Shown in pieces: positions 48,238-59,493 of a stretch of DNA of 64,000 nucleotides. Within the stretch, counting starts at the first letter, position 1. Each line of letters starts with the position of its first letter. This DNA comes from Nitrospirota bacterium (GTDB lineage: Bacteria > JACPQY01). The DNA lies in assembly GCA_016180645.1 (NCBI GenBank), contig JACPAV010000011.1, positions 62,001 through 126,000 on the forward strand, written 5' to 3'. A model generated the notes under the pieces. That model saw nothing but the letters and a program-made list of their open reading frames with translations. It had not been told where the DNA came from and did no database searches. Position numbers and translations under genes: made by a program.

Positions 48238-49536
48238 CTACCCGATCCGGCGGCGTGCCAGGAACCCGGCCAAGAGGATCAATCCCACCATGGAGCCCGC
48301 CATCGAGCCGCCGGTCGATCCAAAGCCGACTTGCGTGCATCCTCCGCCACCCCCGCCGCCGCCGGAGCCGCAGGCGGGGAGAGGATCTCCGGAGTTAAAC
48401 ATGCCGTCGTTGGATGTTGCGTCCACGCTGAAGGAATCGATGGTCGTGCCGTCCGGTTGGTAGGCCTTCGCCGTAACAACATTCCCAGATACCTGAACAT
48501 ATAAGTGGTTAAGCGTCTTTCTTGAAGTAACACTGTAAGAACATAAGCCCACGTCCCGAAGCGGCGCGCCGCCGCCCCCGCTGACTACGTAGGTCACACC
48601 GTTGATCGATTTCGTGCGCTCATAGTTGTGATCGTGGCCGTTGAATACCAGGTCCACGCCATGTTTCTGGAAGAGCGGCACGAGGTCCTGTTTCACGCCG
48701 CTGTCCTCACCGTGGTACCCCGAACTGAACGGTGGCTTGTGGAAGAAAACGAACAACGGACCCTTCCCCGCGCTGGCGGCCAGATCATTGTTGAGAAAAG
48801 CGTACTGGCTGCCGCCGGAGGCGAAATTCTGCTCCGTATTCACCGAAACAAAATGAGCGTTTCCGTAGTTGAAAGAGTACCAATCTTCCGTCCCGGACGC
48901 TGCGGTGGGCGTCACGAAGAACTTGCCGTAGAGGGACCCCGTGTCGTGGTTCCCCATCGTCGGAAACAGAGGCGATTTGCCGATCAGCGTCCGCTCGATG
49001 TCGAAAAAGTTCTGCCAATCGCCCGAGGACGTTCCGGTGGCCACGAAATCAGCCGAGTTCACAAGAAAGTCTGGCGACTGCCCGACGATCGCGTCGACCA
49101 CCTTCTGATGATCGGAGTTCGAGCCGCCCGACTCGAAAATCGTTCCCTTGCGGTTGTCGCCGTAGACGACGAAGGAGAACGATTCGCCGGAAGCCGGCGC
49201 CGTGAAGAAGGTAAGATCGCTGCTCGCATCGCCCGAGGACGTGGTGACCTTGTAGTGGTACAAACTCGATGGAGCCAAGCCCGCAAGGCCCACTTCGATG
49301 ACATCATTGTTGCTCACATCCGAAGCGGTCGCTGATTTTCCATACAAAGTATCGAGGCCGTAATTCACGGTGGCCGAGGACGCCCCCGATTCAACCACCA
49401 CCACAACGGACGAGGAATTCACCGATTGGAGATACGGGCCCTTGCTGATGGCGCCCCATGCCACGAACGGAGTGAGAATACTGACCGCGGCCCCCAAACC
49501 TGCCGATGTAATCAGTCGAAACGATGCGATACGCAT
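48238..49536 (-). CDS. Purple acid phosphatase-like metallophosphoesterase with C-terminal GC-TM-basic sorting signal
   Basis: YGDNR, GNHD, FFHKP, GHDHNYER, VSGGGG; FN3-like N-terminus; tail GGGGC...VGLILLAGFLARRR. Confidence 0.9.
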   Translation of the reverse strand: MRIASFRLITSAGLGAAVSILTPFVAWGAISKGPYLQSVNSSSVVVVVESGASSATVNYGLDTLYGKSATASDVSNNDVIEVGLAGLAPSSLYHYKVTTSSGDASSDLTFFTAPASGESFSFVVYGDNRKGTIFESGGSNSDHQKVVDAIVGQSPDFLVNSADFVATGTSSGDWQNFFDIERTLIGKSPLFPTMGNHDTGSLYGKFFVTPTAASGTEDWYSFNYGNAHFVSVNTEQNFASGGSQYAFLNNDLAASAGKGPLFVFFHKPPFSSGYHGEDSGVKQDLVPLFQKHGVDLVFNGHDHNYERTKSINGVTYVVSGGGGAPLRDVGLCSYSVTSRKTLNHLYVQVSGNVVTAKAYQPDGTTIDSFSVDATSNDGMFNSGDPLPACGSGGGGGGGGCTQVGFGSTGGSMAGSMVGLILLAGFLARRRIG

Positions 49537-49712
49537 GCTTGGCTCCTTTCTAACAATCGAGGGGAAGCAAGTCAAGGACCAACATCGGATTCGACGCACG
49601 GGATCTTATGCGTTATCAACACATTGTCCGCAGGTCGGCCCAAGTCCCGCCTCGTGCATGTCAGAAATGACACTCTTTCTCCTTGACACACCACCCTTCT
49701 CCGGACTATCCG

Positions 49713-50630
49713 ATGGAGATGCCCAAAGCCGCCAGAAAGAAAATCGGGAAGGTCGTTCTCGTCACGGGCACCTCCAGCGGGTTCGGACTGCTTGCCGCCA
49801 TTGCGTTGGCGCGGCGCGGACACTGGGTCTTCGCTTCGATGCGCAATCCATCCAAGGCTGAGGCGCTCCGGGACGCCGCCACCCAGGCGGGGATCAAGAT
49901 TGAAGAGAACGCCCCTCCACTGACCCTCGTTCCCCTCGACGTAACGCGAAACGATTCCATTCATCGCGCCGTGCACGATATCCTCGGCCGGGTGCATCGG
50001 CTGGACGTGGTCATCAACAATGCCGGAATCGGCCTCGGCGGCTTTTTCGAGGACATGGACGAAGCCGATCTGCGGGATGTGATGGAGACCAATTTCTTCG
50101 GCGCGGTGGCCTTGATTCGCGAAGTGGCCCCCATCATGCGCAAGCAGGGTTACGGGCGAATCATCAACGTCACCAGCATCGGCGGGCGCGTTCCTCTGCC
50201 CGGCATGACCGCCTACAGCGCGAGCAAGTTCGCGCTGGAGGGGCTGAGCGAATCGCTCCGTTACGAACTGAAGCCCTTCGGCGTGGAGGTCGTGTTGGTA
50301 GAGCCGGGCACCTTCAAAACGGACATTTTCACTTCCAATCGCCGCATGGCCAGGCACGCCGAGAGTCCGACCAGTCCTTACAAGGCCGTCACCGAAAAAG
50401 TGCTTATGAAGGTTTACGAGCGTGTGGAGAAGCTGGGCGGCGACCCCCAGCGTGTGGCCGATCGGATCGCTCGCGTAGTGGAGGCCCGCTCCACCCGCCT
50501 CCGCTACACCGTGGGGCTGGATGCCAAGACCGAGGCATTTCTCCGGTGGCTCCTCCCATCGTCCGTGCCCGATCTCATTGCCGGGCGGGTTCTACGATCG
50601 TTTGGTTTGGGAAGAAAGACGCACCCATAA
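49713..50630 (+). CDS. SDR family oxidoreductase
   Basis: TGTSSGFG, NNAG, YSASK. Confidence 0.92.
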   Translation: MEMPKAARKKIGKVVLVTGTSSGFGLLAAIALARRGHWVFASMRNPSKAEALRDAATQAGIKIEENAPPLTLVPLDVTRNDSIHRAVHDILGRVHRLDVVINNAGIGLGGFFEDMDEADLRDVMETNFFGAVALIREVAPIMRKQGYGRIINVTSIGGRVPLPGMTAYSASKFALEGLSESLRYELKPFGVEVVLVEPGTFKTDIFTSNRRMARHAESPTSPYKAVTEKVLMKVYERVEKLGGDPQRVADRIARVVEARSTRLRYTVGLDAKTEAFLRWLLPSSVPDLIAGRVLRSFGLGRKTHP

Positions 50631-50690
50631 AGGGTGCGCCTACCGCAGGCAGCGCGCCTCCATTCCGGTAGCCGCGGGCTTCAGCCCGCG
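50620..50690. repeat. GTAG-type REP doublet
   Basis: CGCACCC-ATAA-AGGGTGCG-CCTAC (contains the SDR stop codon) and GGTAGC-CGCGGGC-TTCA-GCCCGCG. Confidence 0.75.
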
Positions 50691-50696
50691 AAAAGG

Positions 50697-50724
50697 TTGA
50701 CAATCCCGACTCCCGCCGTATCAT
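50697..50724 (+). promoter_or_regulatory. Sigma70-type promoter of the thiC leader
   Basis: TTGACA-N16-TATCAT immediately before the riboswitch. Confidence 0.6.
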
Positions 50725-50734
50725 GGGCCCATAG

Positions 50735-50828
50735 AGCGCTGGGGGTGCCTGTCGGAACAGAAAACCGGCGAGCTGAGAACGAGACTCCGGAAGCCTGATC
50801 AGGGTCATGCCTGCGAAGGTAAGCGCCG
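50735..50828 (+). ncRNA. TPP riboswitch (THI element)
   Basis: GGGGTGC...GCTGAGA...CCTGATCAGGGTCATGCCTGCGAAGG directly upstream of thiC. Confidence 0.9.
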
Positions 50829-50838
50829 ACGCCACTAG

Positions 50839-52254
<1,416 letters not shown>

Positions 52255-53082
52255 GTGGACACCTTTCCCGCCGCGCCTGATGCGGGCACCCCCTCCCTTC
52301 TGCTGAGCGGCAGGGACGGCGATCAGAATGGTCAGGGGGTCCACGCGCCGCCCCCGTGGGACTCGCCCGCTCCGATCGACCCCTCCGGGCCAAAGGGATC
52401 GTCCTTCGTTCGCCGAACCTGGGAGGACTGGGCCGGCGCCCTCTTCTCGCCGCGCGTGTTCTTCCGGGACCTGCGGAGCCGCACCTCCATCAAGCAGGCG
52501 CTGGTCTTTGGGATTGTCTTGAATGCCGCCGGGTCTCTGCTCTCCTTCCCCGTCTCGCTCCTTCGGTGGAAGAGTTCATTGGCCATGCTGGAACAAGACG
52601 GCCTAAGCCGCTTCTCGTTTCTTCGGCAGATGCTCCAAACGGCTGATTCGGACTCCTTCCTCAAGCTCGGCGCCTATCTGTATCACGGCGGCTCGATCCT
52701 GCTCTCGCCGATCACCGTTCCCCTCTTCTATCTCGGGCTTGCGATGACCTTCATTCATCCCACGGCCCGCCTCCTTGGAGGAAAGGGAACGTTTGTCCAG
52801 ACCGTGATCGCCCTGACCTACACCAGCGCCACCCAGCCCCTACTGCTCCTCGGAATTCTTCCCTTCTTCGGATATGGGGCCTATCTTTTCTATACGACCC
52901 TTCTCGCGACGATCGCCGTGCGCGAGGCGCATCAATTCTCCACGGGCCAGTCCCTCGTCTCCCTCGGGCTCGGAGGCGTGGTGGCTCCGTTCGTCCTACT
53001 CATCATCACGCTCGTCCTTGTCGTGCTTCTCATCACCGGCGGCTCCGCCGGGCAGCTTCTGGAAACCTTCCAAGCCGCATGA
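52255..53082 (+). CDS. Yip1-domain membrane protein
   Basis: LFSPRVFF, several TM helices, LLGGKGTF..T; starts immediately after the thiC stop. Confidence 0.7.
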   Translation: MDTFPAAPDAGTPSLLLSGRDGDQNGQGVHAPPPWDSPAPIDPSGPKGSSFVRRTWEDWAGALFSPRVFFRDLRSRTSIKQALVFGIVLNAAGSLLSFPVSLLRWKSSLAMLEQDGLSRFSFLRQMLQTADSDSFLKLGAYLYHGGSILLSPITVPLFYLGLAMTFIHPTARLLGGKGTFVQTVIALTYTSATQPLLLLGILPFFGYGAYLFYTTLLATIAVREAHQFSTGQSLVSLGLGGVVAPFVLLIITLVLVVLLITGGSAGQLLETFQAA

Positions 53083-53097
53083 CGCACCCGCCGCACC

Positions 53098-53157
53098 GGG
53101 TCAATGCTGAATGTTGACAAACCCAGACTGGAGAATGTCAACATTCAGCATTGACCC
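53098..53157. repeat. Perfect 22-bp inverted repeat (16-nt spacer)
   Basis: GGGTCAATGCTGAATGTTGACA (53098-53119) / TGTCAACATTCAGCATTGACCC (53136-53157). Confidence 0.9.
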
Positions 53158-54412
53158 CAAATGGCTCGCGATGCTGCTCGCCGTCGCAGTGATGTCATGC
53201 AGCGGAGGAACCGACTCCTCATTCTCGCCCGGACTCGCCCGGAAACTGGCCGAGGATCTAGGAGAGACTCCGCTCGATTATTCCGATCCCGCGAAATGGG
53301 CGTGCACGGCGGACCGGAAGGACGATGTGTGCGATGTGAACTACACGGACACCCGAATCGAAGCCGATGGATCCACGACCCATCAACCGGCGGCGCCGGA
53401 CCCTTCGGCACCCATCGATTGCTTCTACATCTATCCCACAGTGGATTGGAGTTTCACGACGGGCAATCACGACGATTTGTCGGAAGTACGTCTCCCCGAG
53501 CTCACGGTACAAACCCAGGCAGGACGATTCTCGGAAGTCTGCCGCGTGTTCGCCCCGTACTACCGGCAGGCCACCATCGCCAGCTACGCCCTCACCAATG
53601 CGGAGGGCGAACGTATCTTCCGGAAAGCGTTCATGGACGTGGCCACGGCCTTCGAGTACTACCTCGACCACTGGAACAACGGCCGACCGATGGTCCTCAT
53701 GGGCCACTCGCAGGGGGCGCAAATGACTTCCTACCTCCTCCACCTCTATTTCGACGGTGCGGACAACAAACTGAGGACAAAACTTCTCCTCGCGCTGCCC
53801 ATCGGCTTCAATGTCTTCACACCGACCGGTCAATTCGTCGGGGGATCATTTTCGGACATCCCGTTGTGCACGTCCTCGGACCAAACCGGTTGCGTCATTC
53901 ACTACCGGTCGTTTCCAGAGGGGTATGAGTTTCCGCGCCGCACGGCCATCGGGGGCAGCATCGATGAACTTCTGGGGTCCATGGGCTATCTTTATCGCTC
54001 CTATTCGGCGGGAGATGTCGTCTCGTGCGTGAATCCCTCGAGCGAATCTGCCGGCCCGACGGATGTCGTGATGGACGGCAACGGGAAGACGCAGCCTTCG
54101 AATGACGCGCGGATTCTCGAGGGGACTTTCCTGATGGGGTTGTTCACATCCCCGGGGGCGAGCCCCACGGCCGTCCAGTCCGCCCAACATCTGCCCGGCC
54201 GCTACACGGCTACTTGCCGAAAAGAGCCGGACGGCGACGCCTATCTTGCTATCGGCCTTCGCGAACGGTCAGGCACAATCGACGTCCGAGGGGACCCCCT
54301 CAGCACGTCGCAATCCCTCGGCAGCCTCGGACTGCATCTTTACGATTTCAACCTCGCCCTCGGAGACCTGATCATGCAGGTGCGCGTCCGCTCCGCCGCA
54401 TTCAGCCGTTAG
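53135..54412 (+). CDS. DUF3089-family alpha/beta-hydrolase lipoprotein
   Basis: Lipobox VMSC; DCFYIYPT, FAPYYRQ, GHSQG, LHLYD; start 53135 or 53171. Confidence 0.8.
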   Translation: MSTFSIDPKWLAMLLAVAVMSCSGGTDSSFSPGLARKLAEDLGETPLDYSDPAKWACTADRKDDVCDVNYTDTRIEADGSTTHQPAAPDPSAPIDCFYIYPTVDWSFTTGNHDDLSEVRLPELTVQTQAGRFSEVCRVFAPYYRQATIASYALTNAEGERIFRKAFMDVATAFEYYLDHWNNGRPMVLMGHSQGAQMTSYLLHLYFDGADNKLRTKLLLALPIGFNVFTPTGQFVGGSFSDIPLCTSSDQTGCVIHYRSFPEGYEFPRRTAIGGSIDELLGSMGYLYRSYSAGDVVSCVNPSSESAGPTDVVMDGNGKTQPSNDARILEGTFLMGLFTSPGASPTAVQSAQHLPGRYTATCRKEPDGDAYLAIGLRERSGTIDVRGDPLSTSQSLGSLGLHLYDFNLALGDLIMQVRVRSAAFSR

Positions 54413-54418
54413 CACCCA

Positions 54419-55231
54419 TCACCCTCCGGACTTCGGCTCCAGCATGCCCTCCAGCGGGCTGGAAGCCGTGGCGTAGAGTCGGCGGGGAATTCGACCCGCC
54501 CGATAGGCGAGCCGCCCGGCCTCGGCGGCGAGTCGCATCGCGCGCGCCATCTGTACGGGATGCTCGGCACCCGCAACTGCCGAATTCATAAGCACGCCGT
54601 CCGCTCCGAGTTCCATCGCCACGGCCACATCGGACGCCGTCCCCACACCCGCATCCACGATAAGCGGCACTTTCACCAGGTCCCGTATGATTTGAAGGTT
54701 GTACGGATTGCGGATGCCCATGCCGGAACCGATGGGAGCGCCCAACGGCATCACCGCCGCGCATCCCATGTCCGCGAGCTTCCGGCACGTAATGGGATCG
54801 TCGTTGCAATAGGGAAGCACAACGAAACCCTCGGCCAGAAGGGTCTGTGCCGCCTTCAGCAGCTCGGGCACATCGGGGAATAAGGTCTCGTCGTCCCCGA
54901 TGACCTCGAGTTTCACCCAGTGGGTGGTGAGTGCTTCCCTCGCGAGCTGCGCCGTGAGGACGGCTTCCTTCGCCGTGTAGCAACCGGCCGTATTCGGCAG
55001 GATGAAATACCGGGATCGATCGAGGAGTTTCAGCACGCTTTCATCGGAGGAATCCTTCAGGTTGAGGCGGCGAATCGCCACGGTCACCATTTCCGTTCCA
55101 CTCGCTTCCAGAGCTTCGAGCATGACGCGAGGGCTGGGGTATCGCGCCGTCCCCAGAATCAATCGCGACCGGAAGTCGCGGTCGGCGATATGCAGGGTAT
55201 CACCCCTGTCCATGTCTTGCCCCGGAGCCAT
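54419..55231 (-). CDS. thiG: Thiazole synthase
   Basis: [38 protein letters not shown]. Confidence 0.97.
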   Translation of the reverse strand: MAPGQDMDRGDTLHIADRDFRSRLILGTARYPSPRVMLEALEASGTEMVTVAIRRLNLKDSSDESVLKLLDRSRYFILPNTAGCYTAKEAVLTAQLAREALTTHWVKLEVIGDDETLFPDVPELLKAAQTLLAEGFVVLPYCNDDPITCRKLADMGCAAVMPLGAPIGSGMGIRNPYNLQIIRDLVKVPLIVDAGVGTASDVAVAMELGADGVLMNSAVAGAEHPVQMARAMRLAAEAGRLAYRAGRIPRRLYATASSPLEGMLEPKSGG

Positions 55232-55235
55232 GCGC

Positions 55236-55442
55236 CTAGCCCCCCTGGACGGGGCGGACAATCTCGATCCGATCGCCCATTTGAATCCGCAGAGAACCCC
55301 ATCGCCCTTTCGGAATCACTTCGTCGTTCACGGCGACGGCCGTTCCCGATTGCTCGGGGGAGAGTTGGAGATTCCGGATTACATCCGACAGGACGGCATT
55401 CTCATCTACCGACACCATCTCACCGTTCACGGAAACGTCCAT
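55236..55442 (-). CDS. thiS: Sulfur carrier protein ThiS
   Basis: [10 protein letters not shown]...[13 protein letters not shown]-stop, located between thiO and thiG. Confidence 0.93.
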   Translation of the reverse strand: MDVSVNGEMVSVDENAVLSDVIRNLQLSPEQSGTAVAVNDEVIPKGRWGSLRIQMGDRIEIVRPVQGG

Positions 55443-55452
55443 GACCCCGCCC

Positions 55453-56604
55453 TCATGAATCCAGACGGCGGTTCGCGAACCGCATCGGCGAGAACGGCCG
55501 GAGTACATCCGGGCAGCGGCCGGTCGTCAGCAGTTCGCTCATCGCGTAAGCCGTGATAGGAGTGAGCAGGATCCCATGCCGGTAATGACCGGTGGCATAA
55601 AAGAGTCCCTGTACGTCCGTGCCGCCAAGCAAGGGCGCGTGGTCTCTGCTCCCCGGCCTCAGCCCGACCTGAATCTCCTCCAGATGCAGCTCATAGATCG
55701 CGGGCATGGCCTCCCATGCCCGTTGGAGCAGTTTCATGATCGGCCCGGCCGTGGGGAGTGTGTCGAATCCCATCTCCTCACTGGTTGCACCGACCATCAG
55801 GCGGCCATCGTCCTTCGGCGCCAGGTAGACGTCCGGTGCCCGGACGGCATGTTTGGGCCGGCACGCGTCGGACATCCTGAGTGTGAGAATCTGACCTTTA
55901 ACCGGGCGGACGGCCGGCGCGATGGCCGTGGGAATCCCCGCGATGTCGCGCGACCAGCAACCTGCGGCCACGACAACGGTCTCCGCCTCCATCATTTCCT
56001 CGCCGGCGCGAACCCCTCGCACGCGACCGTTCCTGATCGAGATCGATCGGACCGGAGTCTCCTCATGAATTTTCCCCCCTCGTGACTTTACGCCGCGGAT
56101 CAAGGCCTCGACCATCGCCCGGTTATTGACCTGGGCGTCACCCGGCATCCACACGGCGGCGCAGGTCCGCGGAGATAGAAGCGGCTCCCGCTCGCGCGCC
56201 ACCGCTCCGTCCAGCCACTCTGCGGCCAGTCCCACCCTCTCGCGGAATCGCATCAACCGCCGCAGCCGTTCGACATCATCGCGGTTGAGACCGATCATCA
56301 GGCTCCCGCTGCGATCCATCGCCACCTTCCTTCCCGAATCCTCTTCCAACTCCTGGATACACTGCGGGTACAAACGGAGGCTTGCCTCGGTGAGGCGCAG
56401 GAGGTCTTCCTCTTCAAATCCCGCCTCTGCGCCCGGGGCCAGCATCCCGGCGGCCACCCAACTCGCGCCACGACCCGCCCGGTCGCGTTCGAGAATTTCA
56501 ACGGATCGGCCCCGACGCGCGAGCTGCCAGCCGAGGGAGAGGCCGACGATTCCGCCTCCGACGATCACGATCCTCTCATGCTCCACGATGGTGCCCCCAG
56601 TCAT
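55453..56604 (-). CDS. thiO: Glycine oxidase
   Basis: GGGIVG, ASWVAAGMLAP, PVKGQ, GLRP, GHYRHGILL; adjacent to thiS-thiG. Confidence 0.93.
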   Translation of the reverse strand: MTGGTIVEHERIVIVGGGIVGLSLGWQLARRGRSVEILERDRAGRGASWVAAGMLAPGAEAGFEEEDLLRLTEASLRLYPQCIQELEEDSGRKVAMDRSGSLMIGLNRDDVERLRRLMRFRERVGLAAEWLDGAVAREREPLLSPRTCAAVWMPGDAQVNNRAMVEALIRGVKSRGGKIHEETPVRSISIRNGRVRGVRAGEEMMEAETVVVAAGCWSRDIAGIPTAIAPAVRPVKGQILTLRMSDACRPKHAVRAPDVYLAPKDDGRLMVGATSEEMGFDTLPTAGPIMKLLQRAWEAMPAIYELHLEEIQVGLRPGSRDHAPLLGGTDVQGLFYATGHYRHGILLTPITAYAMSELLTTGRCPDVLRPFSPMRFANRRLDS

Positions 56605-56633
56605 TGCGCACGGCTGAGCCGATGCCTCGCTCG

Positions 56634-56688
56634 CCCTTCGACGGGCTCAGGGTGAGCGGGTTATTTCCGCTCATGGTGATCCCGTCGA
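56634..56688. repeat. Palindromic repeat (CCCTTCGAC...GTGAGCGG/CCGCTCAT...GTCGA family), copy 1
   Basis: TCGACGGG...GTGAGCGG-loop-CCGCTCAT...CCCGTCGA; related copy at 62953-63008. Confidence 0.75.
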
Positions 56689-56697
56689 CCAAGCGGT

Positions 56698-57294
56698 TCA
56701 GAATTCGATTCGCAGGACGGCGCCGTAGGTGTCCCGCGTCATCAACGGCGCCAGGCGCAGTCCGTATTCCTCCCGCCGATCCGGCGGCCCCTCGGAGTAC
56801 CTTCGCACGGCGTCGTCAATATCGAACCAATCATAGATCGTCAGAGCGGTCCAGCCAACCCCCCCCAGCAGGATGGCCATGGACTCCCCTGGCCTAAGCG
56901 AACGGTCTTCATCCTTCGCACCCGCAGCGGCGCCCGCGGCCACGCCCATCGCCAGGAACCGGAACATTGAGAATAAGAACGCATGCTCGTATTCCTCGCA
57001 GTAGACATGCCCCATGGACGGCGCTACCCCCAATCCCGCCGCGCCGAGCACCGTGCCCATAGCCTGGGCATTCGCGTTGTCTTGCGATTTTCCGAAAAAG
57101 TACAAACCGGCCCCGCCGCCGCCGACGATCAGAGTGGATCCGATACCCAGAAAACGAGCCGTCCCCACGCTCTTTGTTCGGGGCTCCTGGGCGGCCGCCG
57201 GACCGACGTGGGTCCCGACCAAGGCGAGAACGACGGTCGTCAGGGTTCCAAATCTACACCAGAATGGCATGTGGCTATGCTTCCCGGCTCCCAT
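56698..57294 (-). CDS. Hypothetical exported/membrane protein
   Basis: Signal-like AAA-QE, Gly-rich hydrophobic segments, C-terminal Phe. Confidence 0.6.
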   Translation of the reverse strand: MGAGKHSHMPFWCRFGTLTTVVLALVGTHVGPAAAQEPRTKSVGTARFLGIGSTLIVGGGGAGLYFFGKSQDNANAQAMGTVLGAAGLGVAPSMGHVYCEEYEHAFLFSMFRFLAMGVAAGAAAGAKDEDRSLRPGESMAILLGGVGWTALTIYDWFDIDDAVRRYSEGPPDRREEYGLRLAPLMTRDTYGAVLRIEF

Positions 57295-57417
57295 GCGGCG
57301 GGCAGTCTACCATAGATGACCCAAAAACATGATTGAAAAACGCTGGAACGACGCTGACAGGAAGGAACGATCCGCGTTCGTCTTGTGGACCCCCCGTGGC
57401 CATGTTAGCGTTGTGGA

Positions 57418-58956
57418 ATGATTCGGGGGCACGCCACCGAAGAAGGCACCGCCGCGTATGCGCGCACACACACGGCCACGGGGAATGGGTTTCGTTCCTT
57501 CGGCAAGACCGGTCTGACCACCGGGCCGGTGGGATTTGGGGGATACCGCATCCATCCATCGGACGAAACTCACGCCGAAGCCCTCTCCGCCGCTCTCTTG
57601 CGAGGTTCCAACCTCATCGATACCTCCAGCAATTACACCGACGGCGGCAGTGAGACGCTCATCGGTCACGTACTCCAGGAGTTGATCTCAAAAGACAAGC
57701 TCAAGCGGGAACAGGTCGTCGTCGTTTCCAAAGTCGGCTACATGCAGGGAGAAAACCTGCGCGTGGCGGAAGAACGCGAGAAGGCCGGCAGGCCCTTCCC
57801 GGAAGTCGTTCCCTACATGGATGGCTGCTGGCATTGTCTCCATCCGGATTTCCTGGAGGATCAACTTCAACGTTCGCTGGCGCGGCTCGGTCTGGACTGC
57901 ATCGACGTCTACCTGCTCCACAATCCCGAATACTATCTGGGTTACGCGCGGAAAAAGCAGCCCGATTCGATCGCGACGCTCCGAAAGGAGTACTATCGGC
58001 GGATTCGGCAGGCATTCGAATGGCTCGATCAACAGGCGCGGGCGGGTCGCATCTCCGGCTACGGGATTTCTTCCAACACATTCCCTTCCGCGGCGGATGA
58101 TCCGGAAGCCACCTCCCTGGAAGACATCCTCAAGGCCGCCGGCGAAATGGGCCCCTCCTCGCATTTCACCGCGCTGCAACTGCCCATGAATCTGTTTGAA
58201 TCTGGCGGATGGACCCGCAAGAATCAACGCTCAGGCACGGTGAGCGTTCTGGAACTTGCCCGTGAGAACGGCATCGGGGTCTTGATCAACCGCCCGCTGA
58301 ACGCAATCACGGGAAACGCCATGATTCGTCTCGCGGATTTCCCGACGGAGGACGAGGCGCTCACTCAAAATCGAATTCAGAAGGCTCTCCAGTCCGTCGT
58401 TGCGTTGGAGCAGGAGTTTTCCGCCACGGTATGGCCCCAGGTCGCCGCGATGGGCATCGACGAGCGGGCGTCGACAGCCTTCTCCCTCGCCGGCGAGCTG
58501 AAGGACCACTATGCTTCCTTCGAGAACTTGGAGCACTGGACGCACGTGGCCGAATCGATGGTCTGGCCGCGGTTTTCGCAGTTGGCGGGGTACCTCGATC
58601 AGGCCACCCGGGGCCATGCGGGCTGGCGCGAGTGGGCACGTCGGTACGGACGCGCTCTGGGCGATCTGACCGAAGCCATCTCTCAGCTCTATTCCAGCCG
58701 CGCGCAAGTCCGCTCCGTGCGCATCACCCAGGAGCTGGAGGATCTCGATCCCGAGACCAAAACCTCTTCGACCCTCTCTCAAAAAGCGATTCGCGCCCTC
58801 ACTTCCATGCCGGGAGTCTCGTGCGTTCTCGTGGGAATGCGAAGGCCGGCCTACGTGACCGATAGTCTGACCGTTCTCTCCCAGCCACCCTTCCATCTGC
58901 CCGCGAAGCTCTTCGAGCAAAGCGATCGGGTTGCGCGGGCCGCGATGGCGGCTTAA
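57418..58956 (+). CDS. Aldo/keto reductase family protein
   Basis: GFGGYR, NLIDTSSNY.DG.SE, SKVGY, DVYLLHNPE, VLVGMRR. Confidence 0.88.
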   Translation: MIRGHATEEGTAAYARTHTATGNGFRSFGKTGLTTGPVGFGGYRIHPSDETHAEALSAALLRGSNLIDTSSNYTDGGSETLIGHVLQELISKDKLKREQVVVVSKVGYMQGENLRVAEEREKAGRPFPEVVPYMDGCWHCLHPDFLEDQLQRSLARLGLDCIDVYLLHNPEYYLGYARKKQPDSIATLRKEYYRRIRQAFEWLDQQARAGRISGYGISSNTFPSAADDPEATSLEDILKAAGEMGPSSHFTALQLPMNLFESGGWTRKNQRSGTVSVLELARENGIGVLINRPLNAITGNAMIRLADFPTEDEALTQNRIQKALQSVVALEQEFSATVWPQVAAMGIDERASTAFSLAGELKDHYASFENLEHWTHVAESMVWPRFSQLAGYLDQATRGHAGWREWARRYGRALGDLTEAISQLYSSRAQVRSVRITQELEDLDPETKTSSTLSQKAIRALTSMPGVSCVLVGMRRPAYVTDSLTVLSQPPFHLPAKLFEQSDRVARAAMAA

Positions 58957-58976
58957 AACATCTTCCGAGGCTGACG

Positions 58977-59462
58977 ATGGACGACGATCTGGAAAAGAAA
59001 CGGGCCTTGGAGCTCTGGAATGAGGGTTTACGCGCCCAGATGGAGGGTAACATCGAGAAGGCCATCGAGCTCTACACCCGATCCATCGAGATTCATGCCA
59101 CGGCCGAGGCGTACACCTTCAGGGGATGGGCCTACAGCTTTCAGAACCGCGTGGACGAGGCGATTGAGGAATGCAAGAGAGCCATCGAAGTCGATCCGAC
59201 GTTTGGGAATCCTTACAACGACATCGGATCCTACCTAGTTCACAAGGGCAAGAACGACGAGGCCATTGAGTGGTTTGAAAAAGCGAAACTCGCGCCGCGC
59301 TACGACCCGAAACATTTCCCCTACATGAATCTCGGGCGCCTCTTCGCGGCGAAGGGCATGATCCTCCGCGCCATCAAGGAATTTGAGGAAGCCCTCAAGA
59401 TCCAGCCCCGCGAGCCCACCTGCATGAAGGCCCTCCGCGAACTCAAAGCCGGACTGAACTGA
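58977..59462 (+). CDS. Tetratricopeptide repeat protein
   Basis: TPR motifs (AEAYTFRGWAY, GNPYNDIGSYL, PYMNLGRL). Confidence 0.9.
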   Translation: MDDDLEKKRALELWNEGLRAQMEGNIEKAIELYTRSIEIHATAEAYTFRGWAYSFQNRVDEAIEECKRAIEVDPTFGNPYNDIGSYLVHKGKNDEAIEWFEKAKLAPRYDPKHFPYMNLGRLFAAKGMILRAIKEFEEALKIQPREPTCMKALRELKAGLN

Positions 59463-59465
59463 ATA

Positions 59466-59485
59466 GGGGACATTCTACTTTTCCG
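59466..59485 (+). repeat. 20-bp repeat GGGGACAyTCTACTTTTCCG, copy 1
   Basis: 19/20 identical to 60424-60443. Confidence 0.75.
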
Positions 59486-59493
59486 CCGAAATC

